Source of the DNA: an uncultured Anaerolineaceae bacterium
Lineage (GTDB): Bacteria; Chloroflexota; Anaerolineae; Anaerolineales; Villigracilaceae
DNA: 64,000 nt
Assembly (NCBI GenBank): GCA_964610295.1
Contig: CAZSVR010000012.1
Span: forward strand, 4,246 to 68,245
Direction of reading: 5' to 3'
A model generated the notes under the pieces. The model saw nothing but the letters and a program-made list of their open reading frames with translations, had not been told where the DNA came from and ran no database searches. A program made the position numbers and the translations under genes. Shown here in pieces: positions 17,956 to 28,613 of the stretch (position 1 is its first letter; each line of letters opens with the position of its first letter).

Positions 17956-20900
17956 CTATTCTACAACTGTTGCATCTGTAGGCTCCGCAGCGGAATCCCC
18001 TTTTTCCAATTCTGCAAAGCGGCCATGGATGAAACCGGTTCCCGCCGGGATGAGCTTGCCGATGATCACATTCTCTTTCAGGCCGAAGAGCGGATCGGTG
18101 GTGGAGCCGATGGCCGCGCTCGCCAGCACTTTGATGGTGTGCTGGAACGAGGAAGCCGAGAGGAACGAGTCGGTGCTAAGTGAGGCCTTCGTCACGCCGA
18201 GCAGGATCTCGCCAAAGCGCGCGGGTTGCTTGCCTTCCGCCAGCAAGGCCTCATTGATCTTGCGGATCTCGAGGCGGTCCACCGCGTCGCCGGGCAGATA
18301 CTTGGTATCGCCAGGGCGTGTGACCTGCACCTTGCTGATCATCTTACGAATGATGACCTCGAAATGCTTGTCGTGAATGTTCTGGCCTTGTGAACGATAC
18401 ACTTTCTGCACTTCGTTCAGGAGGTACATCTGACAGGCTTCGCGTCCCTGGATCTTCAATACACGATGCGGGTTGAGCGAGCCTTCAGTGAGCGGCTGGC
18501 CGGCTTCCACATGCGCGCCGTCCTTGACCAGCAAACGGGAACTGGTCGGGATGTCTTCGATGTTCTCTTCGCGCTGTTCATAAGAGACAACGATCTTGCG
18601 ATCTTTCTTTTCCACGGCCACGCGTCCGCTGTGCTGGGCGGTAATGGTGGCTTTGTCCTTGGTCGCGAGCACTTCGCCGACCTGCACTTCGTCTTCGTCC
18701 TTGGCGGTGAATTTCCAATCTTCAGGGATGACATATTCGTCGTGCACCATTTCAACATGTTGGATGCGGATCTCACGCATATCGGCATATTTTTCAGATT
18801 GGTTGATGTGGACCACGCCTCCGATCTCGGCGACAACTGCTTCGCCTTTCGGTTGCTTGCGCGCCTCGAAGAGTTCTTCCACGCGCGGGAGACCGGTCGT
18901 AATGTCTGCGCTGGTGGCGGCCACACCACCTGTGTGGAAGGTACGGAGCGTAAGCTGTGTACCCGGTTCGCCAATGGACTGCGCGGCCACAATCCCAACT
19001 GCGGAACCAAGCTCGACCATTTCACCGCGGCCCAGATCGATGCCATAGCATTTCGCGCAGATACCATGCGTTAACTCGCAGGTATGCGGCGAGCGGACTT
19101 TCACTTCAGCGACGCCTGCGTTCGCGATTTTGCGCGCCAAGTCATGCGTGATGACGTCGTTGTACTCGGCGAGGACTTCACCGCTCTTGGAATCAATGAC
19201 GCGCTCTGCGAACAGGCGGCTGTACATGCGGCTCGCCATGGATTGGCCGGCTACATCATCCGATTTGCGGATGAAGATACCGTCATGGGTACCGCAGTCG
19301 TATTCGTTAATAATGATGTCTTGCGCGATGTCCACAAGGCGGCGGGTAAGATAACCGGCGTCCGCGGTGCGAAGGGCGGTATCTGCAAGGCCTTTGCGCG
19401 CGCCGTGTGTAGAAATGAAATATTCCTGCGCAGTCAGTCCTTCACGGAAGTTGGACCGGATCGGCATGGGAATGATGCGACCGGAGGGATCAGCCATCAA
19501 TCCACGCATACCGGCCAATTGAGAGATCGTGGAGAAACCACCTTTGGTCGCGCCGGAGGTCGCCATGGTGGAAAGATTTCCATCGGGATCCATGTGTTTT
19601 TTCACGGCTTCGCCCACCTTTTCAGTGGTGTCCTGCCAGATCTGGATCTCACGTTCATTCTTTTCCTGCTCAGTAAGTAAACCGCGGCGGAAGTCACGCA
19701 GAACCACTTCCACCTGCTTGAGGGAATCCTCAATAATGCCCTTGCGTTCGGGCGGGATGGAAATATCGGCGACCGCGAGCGTAATGCCGGATTTCATTGC
19801 GTATTCAAAGCCGATGGTCTTTACCTGGTCGGCTACATTGGTGGTCACTTCCTGACCGCACAGTTCGTATACTTCGGCGATCAGATCCTTCACGCCGCCT
19901 TTATCGAGCTTTTCGTTCACAAACTGCACCTGTTCGGGCAGAACGCGATTGAAGAGCACCCGGCCGACGGTCGTATCAATGATGCGAGTTTCGGGCTCAG
20001 GCAGGCGGTCGCCTTTGTCGTCATACCACGTCCTGGTTTGCAGCTTGATCTCGCTGTGAACGTCCAGTTGATCGAGGCCATACGCGAGCTCAACTTCGTC
20101 GATATCGGCGAAGGCGCGTCCATCACCGCGATGGGCAGCTTTCTGTGCCATCGTCAGGTAATACACGCCAAGCACCATGTCTTTGGACGGTGAAATGATC
20201 GGTTCGCCATCGGCCGGCTTGAGCAGGTTCTTGGAAGCGAGCATGAGTTCACGCGCTTCTTTCACGGCCTTCTGTGAAAGCGGAACGTGCACAGCCATCT
20301 GGTCGCCGTCGAAATCCGCGTTGAAGGCGGTGGTGACGAGCGGATGTAATTGAATGGCGGAACCTTCGATCAGGATCGGCTCAAAAGCCTGAATACCGAG
20401 GCGATGCAAGGTGGGCGCACGGTTCAACAAAACGGGACGTTCACCGATCACACCTTCAAGCGCTTCCCAGACCTCAGGCCTGTTGCGCTCGATCAAGCGC
20501 CGCGCACCTTTGACATTCGCAGCGTAACCGTTCAGCACGAGGCGTGCGATCACGAACGGACGATACAGCTCGAGCGCCATGCTCTTGGGCAGGCCGCATT
20601 GATTCAATTTCAACTGCGGGCCCACCACGATCACGGAACGGCCGGAGTAATCCACGCGCTTACCCAAAAGGTTGCGGCGGAAACGTCCCTTCTTACCCTT
20701 GAGCATATCGCTCAAGGATTTGAGTTCACGGCGACCGCGACGAGAGAGCGCCTTGCCGCGCTGACTATTATCGATGAGGCTGTCGACCGCTTCCTGCAAC
20801 ATGCGTTTCTCATTGCGGATGATGACATCCGGCGCGCCGAGTTCAAGCAAACGCTTGAGACGGTTGTTGCGGTTGATCACGCGGCGGTACAGGTCGTTCA

Positions 20901-22194
20901 GGTCGGAGGTCGCAAAACGGCCGCCATCCAACTGCACCATTGGGCGCAGGTCGGGAGGGATGACCGGCAATACGGTCAGGATCATCCACTCGGGGCGGTT
21001 ACCGGAGCGGCGGAAGGCCTCCACAACTTTCAAGCGCGTTGTGGATTTTTTGCGCTTCTGCTTGCTCTTGGTTGTGCGCACCTCGTGCCACAGTTCTTCA
21101 GAGAGTTTATCCAGGTCGAGACGGCCGAGAATATCGAAAAAGGCTTCGGCGCCCATGTCTGCGCGAAAGACCTGTCCCCAACGTTGTTTGAGTTCGCGGT
21201 AGCGGATCTCGCTGATAAATGTAAAGGGGCGAAGCTCCACAAGTTCATCACGCAGGCGTGAAGACTGATTTGATGAAGCGGAGCTCTGATTCTCAAGTTC
21301 GCCGCGCAGGGCTTCCATTTCCTGGTCGGCTTGTGCCTTGAGCAGCGCGGCCTGGGTCTTGCTATCTTCGAGTTCGCGCTGCTTCTTGCCCTTTAATTCG
21401 TTCTCGAGCGCTTCCAGTTTCTTCTGGACAGTTTTCTGCACAATGGTGATGTGCTTGCTCGCCACCTTGTCACCCGCGTCGAGGATCTTCTCGCCTGTGG
21501 ATTCAAAGAGAATGGCTTTTTTGGCGTGTTCACCCATTTGATCTTGAAGCAATTTTTCAAGCTGCTGACCTTCTTTGATGATCGGATCGAGTTGCTCGGC
21601 GATGTTCTCATCGTAGCCCTGGTCGAGTGAAGTCTGCTTCTGTTTGAGTTCGTTGAGTTTGTGATCGCGCTTGGTCTTGATCTCGGCGATCTTGGCGTTC
21701 ACGCCCGCGGCCTGCTCGCGCTCAGAAACGGAGATTTCGTCCTCTAACCGCTTGAGGGCCTTATTGCGCGCTTCCTCGTCCACATAGGTGACTATGTATT
21801 GCGCGAAGTATAGAACGCGGTCCAGGTTGCGGCGGGAAACATCCAACAGCATGCCCATCTGTGATGGGATGCGGCGCGTATACCAAATGTGTGCGACGGG
21901 GGTTGCCAGAGTGATATGCCCCATGCGTTCGCGGCGCACCGCGGCGCGCGTTACTTCCACACCACATTTGTCGCAGGTGATGCCTTTGTAACGAGGGTTC
22001 TTGTATTTGCCGCAATAGCATTGCCAGTCACGAGTAGGGCCAAATATGGCCTCACAGAACAACCCGTCTTTCTCCGGGCGCAAGCGGCGATAGTTGATGG
22101 TTTCGGGTTTGAGCACCTCACCATACGACCATGACATGATCGTCTGAGGTGAGGCAAGGCTGATGCGGAGCGCGGTCAGTCCCTTGGTTTCCAC
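17956..22194 (-). CDS. rpoC: RNA polymerase beta' subunit
   Basis: KPETINYR, N-terminal Zn Cys, [17 protein letters not shown]; long coiled-coil lineage insertion. Confidence 0.99.
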   Translation of the reverse strand: METKGLTALRISLASPQTIMSWSYGEVLKPETINYRRLRPEKDGLFCEAIFGPTRDWQCYCGKYKNPRYKGITCDKCGVEVTRAAVRRERMGHITLATPVAHIWYTRRIPSQMGMLLDVSRRNLDRVLYFAQYIVTYVDEEARNKALKRLEDEISVSEREQAAGVNAKIAEIKTKRDHKLNELKQKQTSLDQGYDENIAEQLDPIIKEGQQLEKLLQDQMGEHAKKAILFESTGEKILDAGDKVASKHITIVQKTVQKKLEALENELKGKKQRELEDSKTQAALLKAQADQEMEALRGELENQSSASSNQSSRLRDELVELRPFTFISEIRYRELKQRWGQVFRADMGAEAFFDILGRLDLDKLSEELWHEVRTTKSKQKRKKSTTRLKVVEAFRRSGNRPEWMILTVLPVIPPDLRPMVQLDGGRFATSDLNDLYRRVINRNNRLKRLLELGAPDVIIRNEKRMLQEAVDSLIDNSQRGKALSRRGRRELKSLSDMLKGKKGRFRRNLLGKRVDYSGRSVIVVGPQLKLNQCGLPKSMALELYRPFVIARLVLNGYAANVKGARRLIERNRPEVWEALEGVIGERPVLLNRAPTLHRLGIQAFEPILIEGSAIQLHPLVTTAFNADFDGDQMAVHVPLSQKAVKEARELMLASKNLLKPADGEPIISPSKDMVLGVYYLTMAQKAAHRGDGRAFADIDEVELAYGLDQLDVHSEIKLQTRTWYDDKGDRLPEPETRIIDTTVGRVLFNRVLPEQVQFVNEKLDKGGVKDLIAEVYELCGQEVTTNVADQVKTIGFEYAMKSGITLAVADISIPPERKGIIEDSLKQVEVVLRDFRRGLLTEQEKNEREIQIWQDTTEKVGEAVKKHMDPDGNLSTMATSGATKGGFSTISQLAGMRGLMADPSGRIIPMPIRSNFREGLTAQEYFISTHGARKGLADTALRTADAGYLTRRLVDIAQDIIINEYDCGTHDGIFIRKSDDVAGQSMASRMYSRLFAERVIDSKSGEVLAEYNDVITHDLARKIANAGVAEVKVRSPHTCELTHGICAKCYGIDLGRGEMVELGSAVGIVAAQSIGEPGTQLTLRTFHTGGVAATSADITTGLPRVEELFEARKQPKGEAVVAEIGGVVHINQSEKYADMREIRIQHVEMVHDEYVIPEDWKFTAKDEDEVQVGEVLATKDKATITAQHSGRVAVEKKDRKIVVSYEQREENIEDIPTSSRLLVKDGAHVEAGQPLTEGSLNPHRVLKIQGREACQMYLLNEVQKVYRSQGQNIHDKHFEVIIRKMISKVQVTRPGDTKYLPGDAVDRLEIRKINEALLAEGKQPARFGEILLGVTKASLSTDSFLSASSFQHTIKVLASAAIGSTTDPLFGLKENVIIGKLIPAGTGFIHGRFAELEKGDSAAEPTDATVVE

Positions 22195-22232
22195 GGGATC
22201 CTCTCCTAAGAAATAGTGTGCAGTTCAAGTCT

Positions 22233-22310
22233 TCTCTGCATAGCGTGTAGTCGGCCTATGCAAGAGACAAACAAAGGCAAGCGCTTTGAGGATTTTCCTC
22301 AAGCGCTTGC
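22233..22310 (-). promoter_or_regulatory. Two hairpins in the rpoC leader; the first is terminator-like
   Basis: GCAAGCGCTTGAGG-aaaat-CCTCAAAGCGCTTGC followed by CTTTGTTTGT on the minus strand. Confidence 0.55.
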
Positions 22311-22346
22311 TAGGATTAACTAGGTTATTTACATCCAACGCGGGAG

Positions 22347-22375
22347 ATTATATCCGCGCGCGTCCCGCGCGTCAA
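22347..22375 (-). promoter_or_regulatory. Promoter TTGACG-N17-TATAAT for rpoC
   Basis: Near-perfect sigma70 consensus on the reverse strand. Confidence 0.85.
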
Positions 22376-22384
22376 GGGCATCAA

Positions 22385-25381
22385 CTAAGGCGAAAACGGG
22401 GTCGGCGTTTCTGTGGGAGTCTCCATCGGGATCGGCGTATCGGATGGAATGATGGTCGCCGGCAGCGGAGTCTCTGTCACGGTTGAAGTGGGGACCGGCG
22501 TGTTAGGAGCCGGCAGGTTGAGGTTAAACGAGACGCGTTTTTCCACCTGCGTTTTATCGCCGAACACAGTGAGGCGTAAGGTGACGATCCCATTTGAGCC
22601 GTAGGAAAGATTCCATAAATAAAGCGTTGCATTTTTTACAGGACTATCGCTGGCGCTCAATGTGGACCATGAGCCCGGGTCCGCACCCTGACCATATTCC
22701 AACTTCCAATTTTTGAATCCGGCATCCGCCGCGGCCGAACCCTTGATCTCCAATGTTGGGGTTGTAATGACCTGCCCATCGTCGAGGTTGATCTCGATGA
22801 CAGGCTGCGGATCGCTCGCGTTACATTCACGTTCCGGCGCATACTGTGGATTGGTTGGCAAACCATGGCTATCTAGCCAATCGCGGCCCGCGCCGGTATC
22901 AAACCATTGGCGTGCCCACTTATCGGTGACGTTCAAGAACATTTCTTCCTCGCTCGGACCTTTGCAAACGTCTGAAGCCTGGTAACCGGTCCACAGGTCA
23001 AATTTGACCCGGCGCGCAAGGTCCTTGCCTGGCGGCAATGGAAGTTGATCGAACGCGAAGATCTCGGTATATTGACTGTCACACCAATTGGATGGCTCTG
23101 TACCGGAGAGTCTGCACACGATTTCGTCCACGATCCCTGAAGGGCGGTTGAACGGTGTGGGGTTTCCATTAGTGAGGTATGGAACTGCGAACTCCATGAA
23201 TTGCGACCAGATCGGCGCTGCGCCGCTCAAGCCTGATGAGTTGACCATCGGTGTGTAATCTGCATTTCCGATCCACACGCCAGTGACCAGGTCCGGTGTG
23301 TAACCAAGAGTCCAATTGTCGCGGATATCATTGGTAGTACCTGTCTTCGCCGCAACCTGGAAGGATAGATTAAGCGGCGAGTTGGGACCGAACATCAAGG
23401 AGCGCGCGTTATTATCAGAAAGAATGGATGAAATCAGGTAAGCATGTTCAGGGCGGATGACTTGTTCGCCAGCCTGCGGTTTATACTCGTAAATGATGTT
23501 ACCTGCAAAGTCGGTGATCTTGAGAATGGCGACGGGTGCCACGCGTTGACCGCCGTTCGCGAAGACGGAATATGCGGAGGTCAGGTCGATTAAGCTGACG
23601 TCGCCACCGCCTAGCGTGAGGGACAGGCCGTAATCATCGCGCGTGAACGATGTGATGCCAAGCCTTTGAGCCATGGCGATCATGCCCTCTTTTTCCGGTG
23701 TATTCGGGTCGTCGTAAATGCCGACAAATTCCAGTGTTTTGACGGCGGGTATATTGAACGAATTCGAAAGCGCGGTTCGCACCGTCATCCCGCCGTGAAA
23801 TTTCCCATCGTAATTTCTGGGTTCATACGGCGGATTGGTGCCATCTGGGAATTGTGTGGGCACATCCCAGATCCAGGTCGAAGGAGTCCAGCCTTTTTCA
23901 AACGCAGCAACGTATGTGATCGGTTTAATCGACGAGCCCGGTTGGCGTGTGGGACTATCTGTCATGTTGATCTGGCCCGAGATCTCCACATTGTTGAAAT
24001 CCGGCGAGCCGACCATGGCAAGGATCTCCCCTGTCGATGGGCGGATGGCGACCAGCGCGCCGTTATGTGCGCTGCTGTTCACCAACGCGGCAACCTGGTC
24101 TGTAACCAGTTGTTGCGCCTCATCCTGCATGAGCGGGTCGAGTGTGGTGTATACCACAAAGCCTGATCGATAAATGGTCTGCGCATCGTATTGTGCTTCG
24201 AGCTGTGCACGTACAAAGTTCACCCAATGTGGATACTTCGAATCAAATGAAAGCGGTTTGAATGGATAGACTTTCATCGCGTCCGCGGCTTGCGTTGCAA
24301 CGAGAGGGTCCACACAAATGGGCGCGGGACTGTTACTGACTCGAATACAGCCCTGTTCTTTGCTCGCTTCGAACATCAACACCAGCACGTGTTGCTGGCG
24401 GATGAGAGTCGCTTCCGGGTTGGTGTAAATGTCATAGATCGCCGGGGATTGCGGCAGCCCGGCGAGAAAGGCGGCTTCACCGATCGTCAAGTCTTTTGCA
24501 GATTTCCCAAAATAGGTCTCTGCCGCGGCTTCGACTCCATAAGCCAGATTGCCGTAATAAATTTCATTGATATACAACTCGAGGATCTCGTCTTTTGTGT
24601 AGCGCCGCGTAATTTCCGCCGCCAGGATGATCTCGCGCGTTTTACGCGTGTAGGTCTGTTCAACGCGTTCTTCCGGGGACAACAAAAGCGCGCGCGCCAG
24701 TTGTTGCGTGATGGTGGAGGCGCCCGAGACCGTCCCACCGCTCCGATAGTTCTGCCACAACGCGCGGACCATCGCCAACAGGTCAAAGCCCGGGTGGCTG
24801 TAGAATTCCTTGTCTTCGGTCGCAATTGTCGCCGCGATCAGGTTTGGGGAGATCTCTTTAATTGGAATGTAGGTACGGCGTCCCGCAGTGGGATCGAGGA
24901 TCTCATAAAGGACCTGTCCGTTGCGGTCTAATATACGCGTGGTCTCGAATTGTGAGGCGCGCTCCCGTAAATCCCCGATCTCGGGCAGGCTGCGTGCAAT
25001 ACGGTAATACTGGTAAAGCAGGTACGAACCCGTGCACAAACCAAACACAAGCCCTGCAAACACGAAGATAATCACCCCACGCAGGAAACATCCCATGTTG
25101 CTGCGCCAGTTGAAATTCAGACGCGCTGGTCGTGTGGCGCGGGTCTGTGAATGCATATGACCGCTGGTCGGTTCGTAGGCCGCGCGCGTCACGCGCGTAC
25201 CCTCCACGTCGATCTCATCCACGCGGCGCGGCAGAGGCATGTTATCTTTATCCAATGCGGGACGCGAGACAAAAGGCGTGGTGGTCGATCGGGGCGGGAG
25301 CGGCGCGGGCTTATATTCCCCCTGAGTATTCTCTTCGGAATTTATCAATCGCCGTGATCGGTCGTTGTCTTCGTTGCTCAT
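22385..25381 (-). CDS. Class A penicillin-binding protein (transglycosylase/transpeptidase) with C-terminal Ig-like and P/T-rich tail
   Basis: TEDKEFYSHPG, GASTITQQL, RKTREI, SSIK (SxxK), SFN, KTGT. Confidence 0.93.
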   Translation of the reverse strand: MSNEDNDRSRRLINSEENTQGEYKPAPLPPRSTTTPFVSRPALDKDNMPLPRRVDEIDVEGTRVTRAAYEPTSGHMHSQTRATRPARLNFNWRSNMGCFLRGVIIFVFAGLVFGLCTGSYLLYQYYRIARSLPEIGDLRERASQFETTRILDRNGQVLYEILDPTAGRRTYIPIKEISPNLIAATIATEDKEFYSHPGFDLLAMVRALWQNYRSGGTVSGASTITQQLARALLLSPEERVEQTYTRKTREIILAAEITRRYTKDEILELYINEIYYGNLAYGVEAAAETYFGKSAKDLTIGEAAFLAGLPQSPAIYDIYTNPEATLIRQQHVLVLMFEASKEQGCIRVSNSPAPICVDPLVATQAADAMKVYPFKPLSFDSKYPHWVNFVRAQLEAQYDAQTIYRSGFVVYTTLDPLMQDEAQQLVTDQVAALVNSSAHNGALVAIRPSTGEILAMVGSPDFNNVEISGQINMTDSPTRQPGSSIKPITYVAAFEKGWTPSTWIWDVPTQFPDGTNPPYEPRNYDGKFHGGMTVRTALSNSFNIPAVKTLEFVGIYDDPNTPEKEGMIAMAQRLGITSFTRDDYGLSLTLGGGDVSLIDLTSAYSVFANGGQRVAPVAILKITDFAGNIIYEYKPQAGEQVIRPEHAYLISSILSDNNARSLMFGPNSPLNLSFQVAAKTGTTNDIRDNWTLGYTPDLVTGVWIGNADYTPMVNSSGLSGAAPIWSQFMEFAVPYLTNGNPTPFNRPSGIVDEIVCRLSGTEPSNWCDSQYTEIFAFDQLPLPPGKDLARRVKFDLWTGYQASDVCKGPSEEEMFLNVTDKWARQWFDTGAGRDWLDSHGLPTNPQYAPERECNASDPQPVIEINLDDGQVITTPTLEIKGSAAADAGFKNWKLEYGQGADPGSWSTLSASDSPVKNATLYLWNLSYGSNGIVTLRLTVFGDKTQVEKRVSFNLNLPAPNTPVPTSTVTETPLPATIIPSDTPIPMETPTETPTPFSP

Positions 25382-25401
25382 TGTTTAACCATCATCGATA
25401 C

Positions 25402-25465
25402 ATCCACAGATATCATGGATTGGGCTGATTTTTTCAAATCTGTTAAATCTGCGTAATCTGTGGAT
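25402..25465. repeat. ATCCACAGAT...ATCTGTGGAT palindromic element
   Basis: 10-bp inverted arms plus AATCTG repeats. Confidence 0.6.
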
Positions 25466-25481
25466 CGAACCATCTCTCGTT

Positions 25482-25931
25482 TTATTTCGGCTTGCTCAAC
25501 ACGAGCAGATTTAAACTGCCGCGCTGGCAAATTTCATCGGTTTGATTCTTAACCACCACTGCCGCCGTAATCGACCCGCCTCCAATGCGCGGCAGGGGCT
25601 TGGTCTCCGTAACGCTTAACTCTGCAGAAACCGTATCGCCAATGAAAAACGGTTTGATGAATTTCCACTCATTGATCTCGCGAAATGCAAGCACGGTGCC
25701 TTCCAGGAACCCGCTCCGCATGATGAGTCCCGTGGCAACCGAGAGGCCTAAGAGTCCGTGCGCGATGCGCCGGCCGAACTGCGTCTTTTTGCTGAATTCA
25801 GCATTGGTGTGGATTTCGTTGAAATCGCCTGTCAGGCCCGCGAATGTGAAGATGGCGTCTTCACTGATGGTGCGCCCAACCGTACCGATTTTTTGCCCAA
25901 CAAAAAATTCTTCGAAGTAAAGTCCAGCCAT
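25482..25931 (-). CDS. MaoC/PaaZ-like dehydratase
   Basis: FAGLTGDFNEIH, RIAHGLLGL, KPFFIGDT. Confidence 0.9.
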   Translation of the reverse strand: MAGLYFEEFFVGQKIGTVGRTISEDAIFTFAGLTGDFNEIHTNAEFSKKTQFGRRIAHGLLGLSVATGLIMRSGFLEGTVLAFREINEWKFIKPFFIGDTVSAELSVTETKPLPRIGGGSITAAVVVKNQTDEICQRGSLNLLVLSKPK

Positions 25932-26060
25932 AGATTAGTCTCCTAGTCTGAGTGGTCGAAACGGCTTTAGTCGTTGAAGCAGTCCAAGGGGTCATTTGCG
26001 CAACTGGTTAGACCAGTAAGACCAGTTGGACCTGCGGACCAATGAATAAATTATACCCGT

Positions 26061-26089
26061 TTGACCTCTGCCCGTTTCGCCCGTACAAT
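26061..26089 (+). promoter_or_regulatory. Promoter TTGACC-N17-TACAAT, 7 nt before ATG 26097 (leaderless)
   Basis: Consensus boxes; no SD before the ATG. Confidence 0.75.
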
Positions 26090-26096
26090 AGGCGCC

Positions 26097-28475
26097 ATGC
26101 GCGATTGGTCTCTCGGCCCCGACGACCCGCTCCACCTTACCCTCGCGGCGGACGCCCGCCTGTGCAAACCTGACTACGTCAACGATCATATCTGGGAAGT
26201 CGAACTTGGCACCTCCGACCCGCCAGCAATTTCACTTTATACCACTTTCGGTTTACGGGCGCGTTCCATGCGCCTGTTTTTACGTTTTACTGAAAACAAC
26301 AGCACAGTTACGGACCCCAATACCTTTGTTTCAAAACCGTCCCTGCGCCGCTTCTATCCAAACTTCCTGACGCTCGATTTTGTTCCCATCGAAAACCTTT
26401 TTGTCACCGCCGAATTCTGGGTTCCGGAATCTCATGCCGTCGCGGGTCGCGTGCTGCTCACCAACAAAAGCAACAGCATGCGTCAACTCAAAATGGAAGT
26501 ATGTGCCACGCTCGCGCCATTGGACGGCCAATCCATCATCCCCACCCAACAACAATTAGTGAACATCCTGGCCGGACAGACCAGCGGGATCGCACCGGTG
26601 GTCTTTATGACCGGCGGCCCAAAGCATGGACCCGGCCCGCATGCCTCGCTCCTGCTGGACCTCGAACTGGGTCCCGGCTCGACGCGCCAACTCAGCTTTG
26701 CAGAGGCCGCCTTGGATACAGTTGCCGCATCCTTTGAACTGGCGCGTCACAGCGCGGCGCGTTCATGGGAAGCCGAACGCACGCGCATCGAAATGTTCGA
26801 CGCCTCACAAGTATTAGACATCCGCACAGGCGACCCGGATTGGGACGCAGCGCTGGCATTCAGCCAGAAAGCCGCGCACGCCTTGTTCTTCAACGGCAAT
26901 GAACATTTGCCAAAGCCATCCTTCGTGCAGGCACGCCATGCAGATCATGGCTTCTCGCATAAAGGGGATGGCACGGATCATGCTCCCACCTGGAATGGAC
27001 AATCGCCACTGGAAAGTTACTATCTTTCCAATATTTTGCCCGGCGCGCCGCACGTGACAAAAAATCTGCTGCTCAATTTTCTATCCGCGCAAAACGAAGA
27101 TGGCGAAGTGGATGGCAAGCCCGGTCTCGCCGCGCAACGCGGCAAATTACTGGCCGCTCCAATGCTCGCCAGCCTTGCCTGGAAGTATTATCAAATCACA
27201 CAGGACGAAGACTTCCTGGCCGAGGTCTTCCCAAAATTATTGAAATTCTTCTGGGCCTGGTTCTCCTCCGCACATGACCGCAACCGCGACGGCGTCCCCG
27301 AATGGGATCACATCCTGCAAACCGGCTTCGAGGATAATCCCATCTTTGATGTCTGGCATCCCTGGTCACAAGGGCTGGACATATCGCTGGTCCACAGCCC
27401 GTCGTTGGAAGCCATGCTATATCGCGAAGCACAGTCTCTCGCGAAGATCGCAAAGAGACTCAACAAGCCCGACGAAGAGACCGCACTGGTGCTGGCACAG
27501 GCTGAAAAGATCAAGTCATCCATTGAAGAAAGTTGGAATGCACGTAATAGTTTCTATTCGTATCGTGACCGCGAAACGGGATTGACCTCCACAGGCAAGA
27601 CGATCGCAAAGAAAAAAGGGGATGGCAACATGCGTCCGAAATTCGAGTCCGAGACGCCGATCCGCTTGCTGATCGAGATCCAGACCAAAAGTCCCGCGGC
27701 AAAGCGGCCTGAAGTTGAGATCAGTGAATATTTCGCGAAGACAAAAGGCGAAGTCGAAACGATATTAGGTCATCAATTCCAATGGCGCACGGGCGGCCTG
27801 GTGGCGACGAGTCAAAAGCTCTACTCACGTGTTGGGCGGGTGACGGTGCGCGGCCTGGATGAAAAAGATAGGATCAATGTAAGGATCATTGACACCACCG
27901 GCGAGGACATCACCCTGGCCCTGCCGATCTGGGCGGGCGTTCCCGATAAACAAAAGGTCAACGCGCTGATCGGGCGCAATGTGTTGACTGCCGATCGATT
28001 CGACCGGCCCTTTGGCATGCCCTGCCTGCCGCTCTCCCCCGACCCGCAAGCTGAACCAGTTTCGATGAGCGTGTACTTCCCGTGGAATCAATTGATCGGT
28101 GAAGGAATGCTTGCGTATGGATTTTGCGCCGAGGCTACGCGCCTCACCGCGCATCTGATGAACGCGGTGATCCAGAACTTAAAACAGAACCGCGCCTTCT
28201 ATCAACGTTATCACGCGGAAAAAGGCACAGGCATAGGCGAGCGCAATTCATTGCACGGCTTCGCGCCCGTTGGTTTGTTCATGCAGGCATTGGGAGTGAC
28301 CATCCTCTCCTCCACACGGGTAAAACTCGCGGGTAGAAATCTTTTTCCATGGCCGGTGACCATTAAATACAAAGGCCTCACCATCGTGCGCGGCATGGAC
28401 CAGACGGTTGTGACCTTCGTAAACGGCGAAAGCGCCATCCTCAAAGACGAACGAGCTTGTACCATTGAAATATAA
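26097..28475 (+). CDS. GH63/MGH1-like (amylo-alpha-1,6-glucosidase-like) (alpha/alpha)6 hydrolase family protein
   Basis: DRNRDGVPEW..QTGFED, YSYRD, FYQRYHAEKG pattern; family assignment is approximate. Confidence 0.55.
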   Translation: MRDWSLGPDDPLHLTLAADARLCKPDYVNDHIWEVELGTSDPPAISLYTTFGLRARSMRLFLRFTENNSTVTDPNTFVSKPSLRRFYPNFLTLDFVPIENLFVTAEFWVPESHAVAGRVLLTNKSNSMRQLKMEVCATLAPLDGQSIIPTQQQLVNILAGQTSGIAPVVFMTGGPKHGPGPHASLLLDLELGPGSTRQLSFAEAALDTVAASFELARHSAARSWEAERTRIEMFDASQVLDIRTGDPDWDAALAFSQKAAHALFFNGNEHLPKPSFVQARHADHGFSHKGDGTDHAPTWNGQSPLESYYLSNILPGAPHVTKNLLLNFLSAQNEDGEVDGKPGLAAQRGKLLAAPMLASLAWKYYQITQDEDFLAEVFPKLLKFFWAWFSSAHDRNRDGVPEWDHILQTGFEDNPIFDVWHPWSQGLDISLVHSPSLEAMLYREAQSLAKIAKRLNKPDEETALVLAQAEKIKSSIEESWNARNSFYSYRDRETGLTSTGKTIAKKKGDGNMRPKFESETPIRLLIEIQTKSPAAKRPEVEISEYFAKTKGEVETILGHQFQWRTGGLVATSQKLYSRVGRVTVRGLDEKDRINVRIIDTTGEDITLALPIWAGVPDKQKVNALIGRNVLTADRFDRPFGMPCLPLSPDPQAEPVSMSVYFPWNQLIGEGMLAYGFCAEATRLTAHLMNAVIQNLKQNRAFYQRYHAEKGTGIGERNSLHGFAPVGLFMQALGVTILSSTRVKLAGRNLFPWPVTIKYKGLTIVRGMDQTVVTFVNGESAILKDERACTIEI

Positions 28476-28613
28476 TTCCTTTTTGGACCGTCTGAATATT
28501 ATTTGTGGGGTTGCCGCGAATTAATCTTAATTCGAGTCCCTTATGGTATAAAACTTTTTGGGTTATTTCATCGCCACACCGCGGGGGAGGAAACAAAATA
28601 TAAGGAGGCCGGC

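Noticed and set aside
20350-21261. 303-aa ORF antisense to rpoC, and similar long antisense ORFs over the topoisomerase, PBP, PIN/TRAM and cysS genes
   Set aside because: Shadow frames of GC-rich conserved genes; no motifs or SD.
21250-21780. Long coiled-coil insertion in RpoC as a novelty or intein
   Set aside because: Lies at the known lineage-specific insertion site near the beta' N-terminus; no intein terminal motifs.
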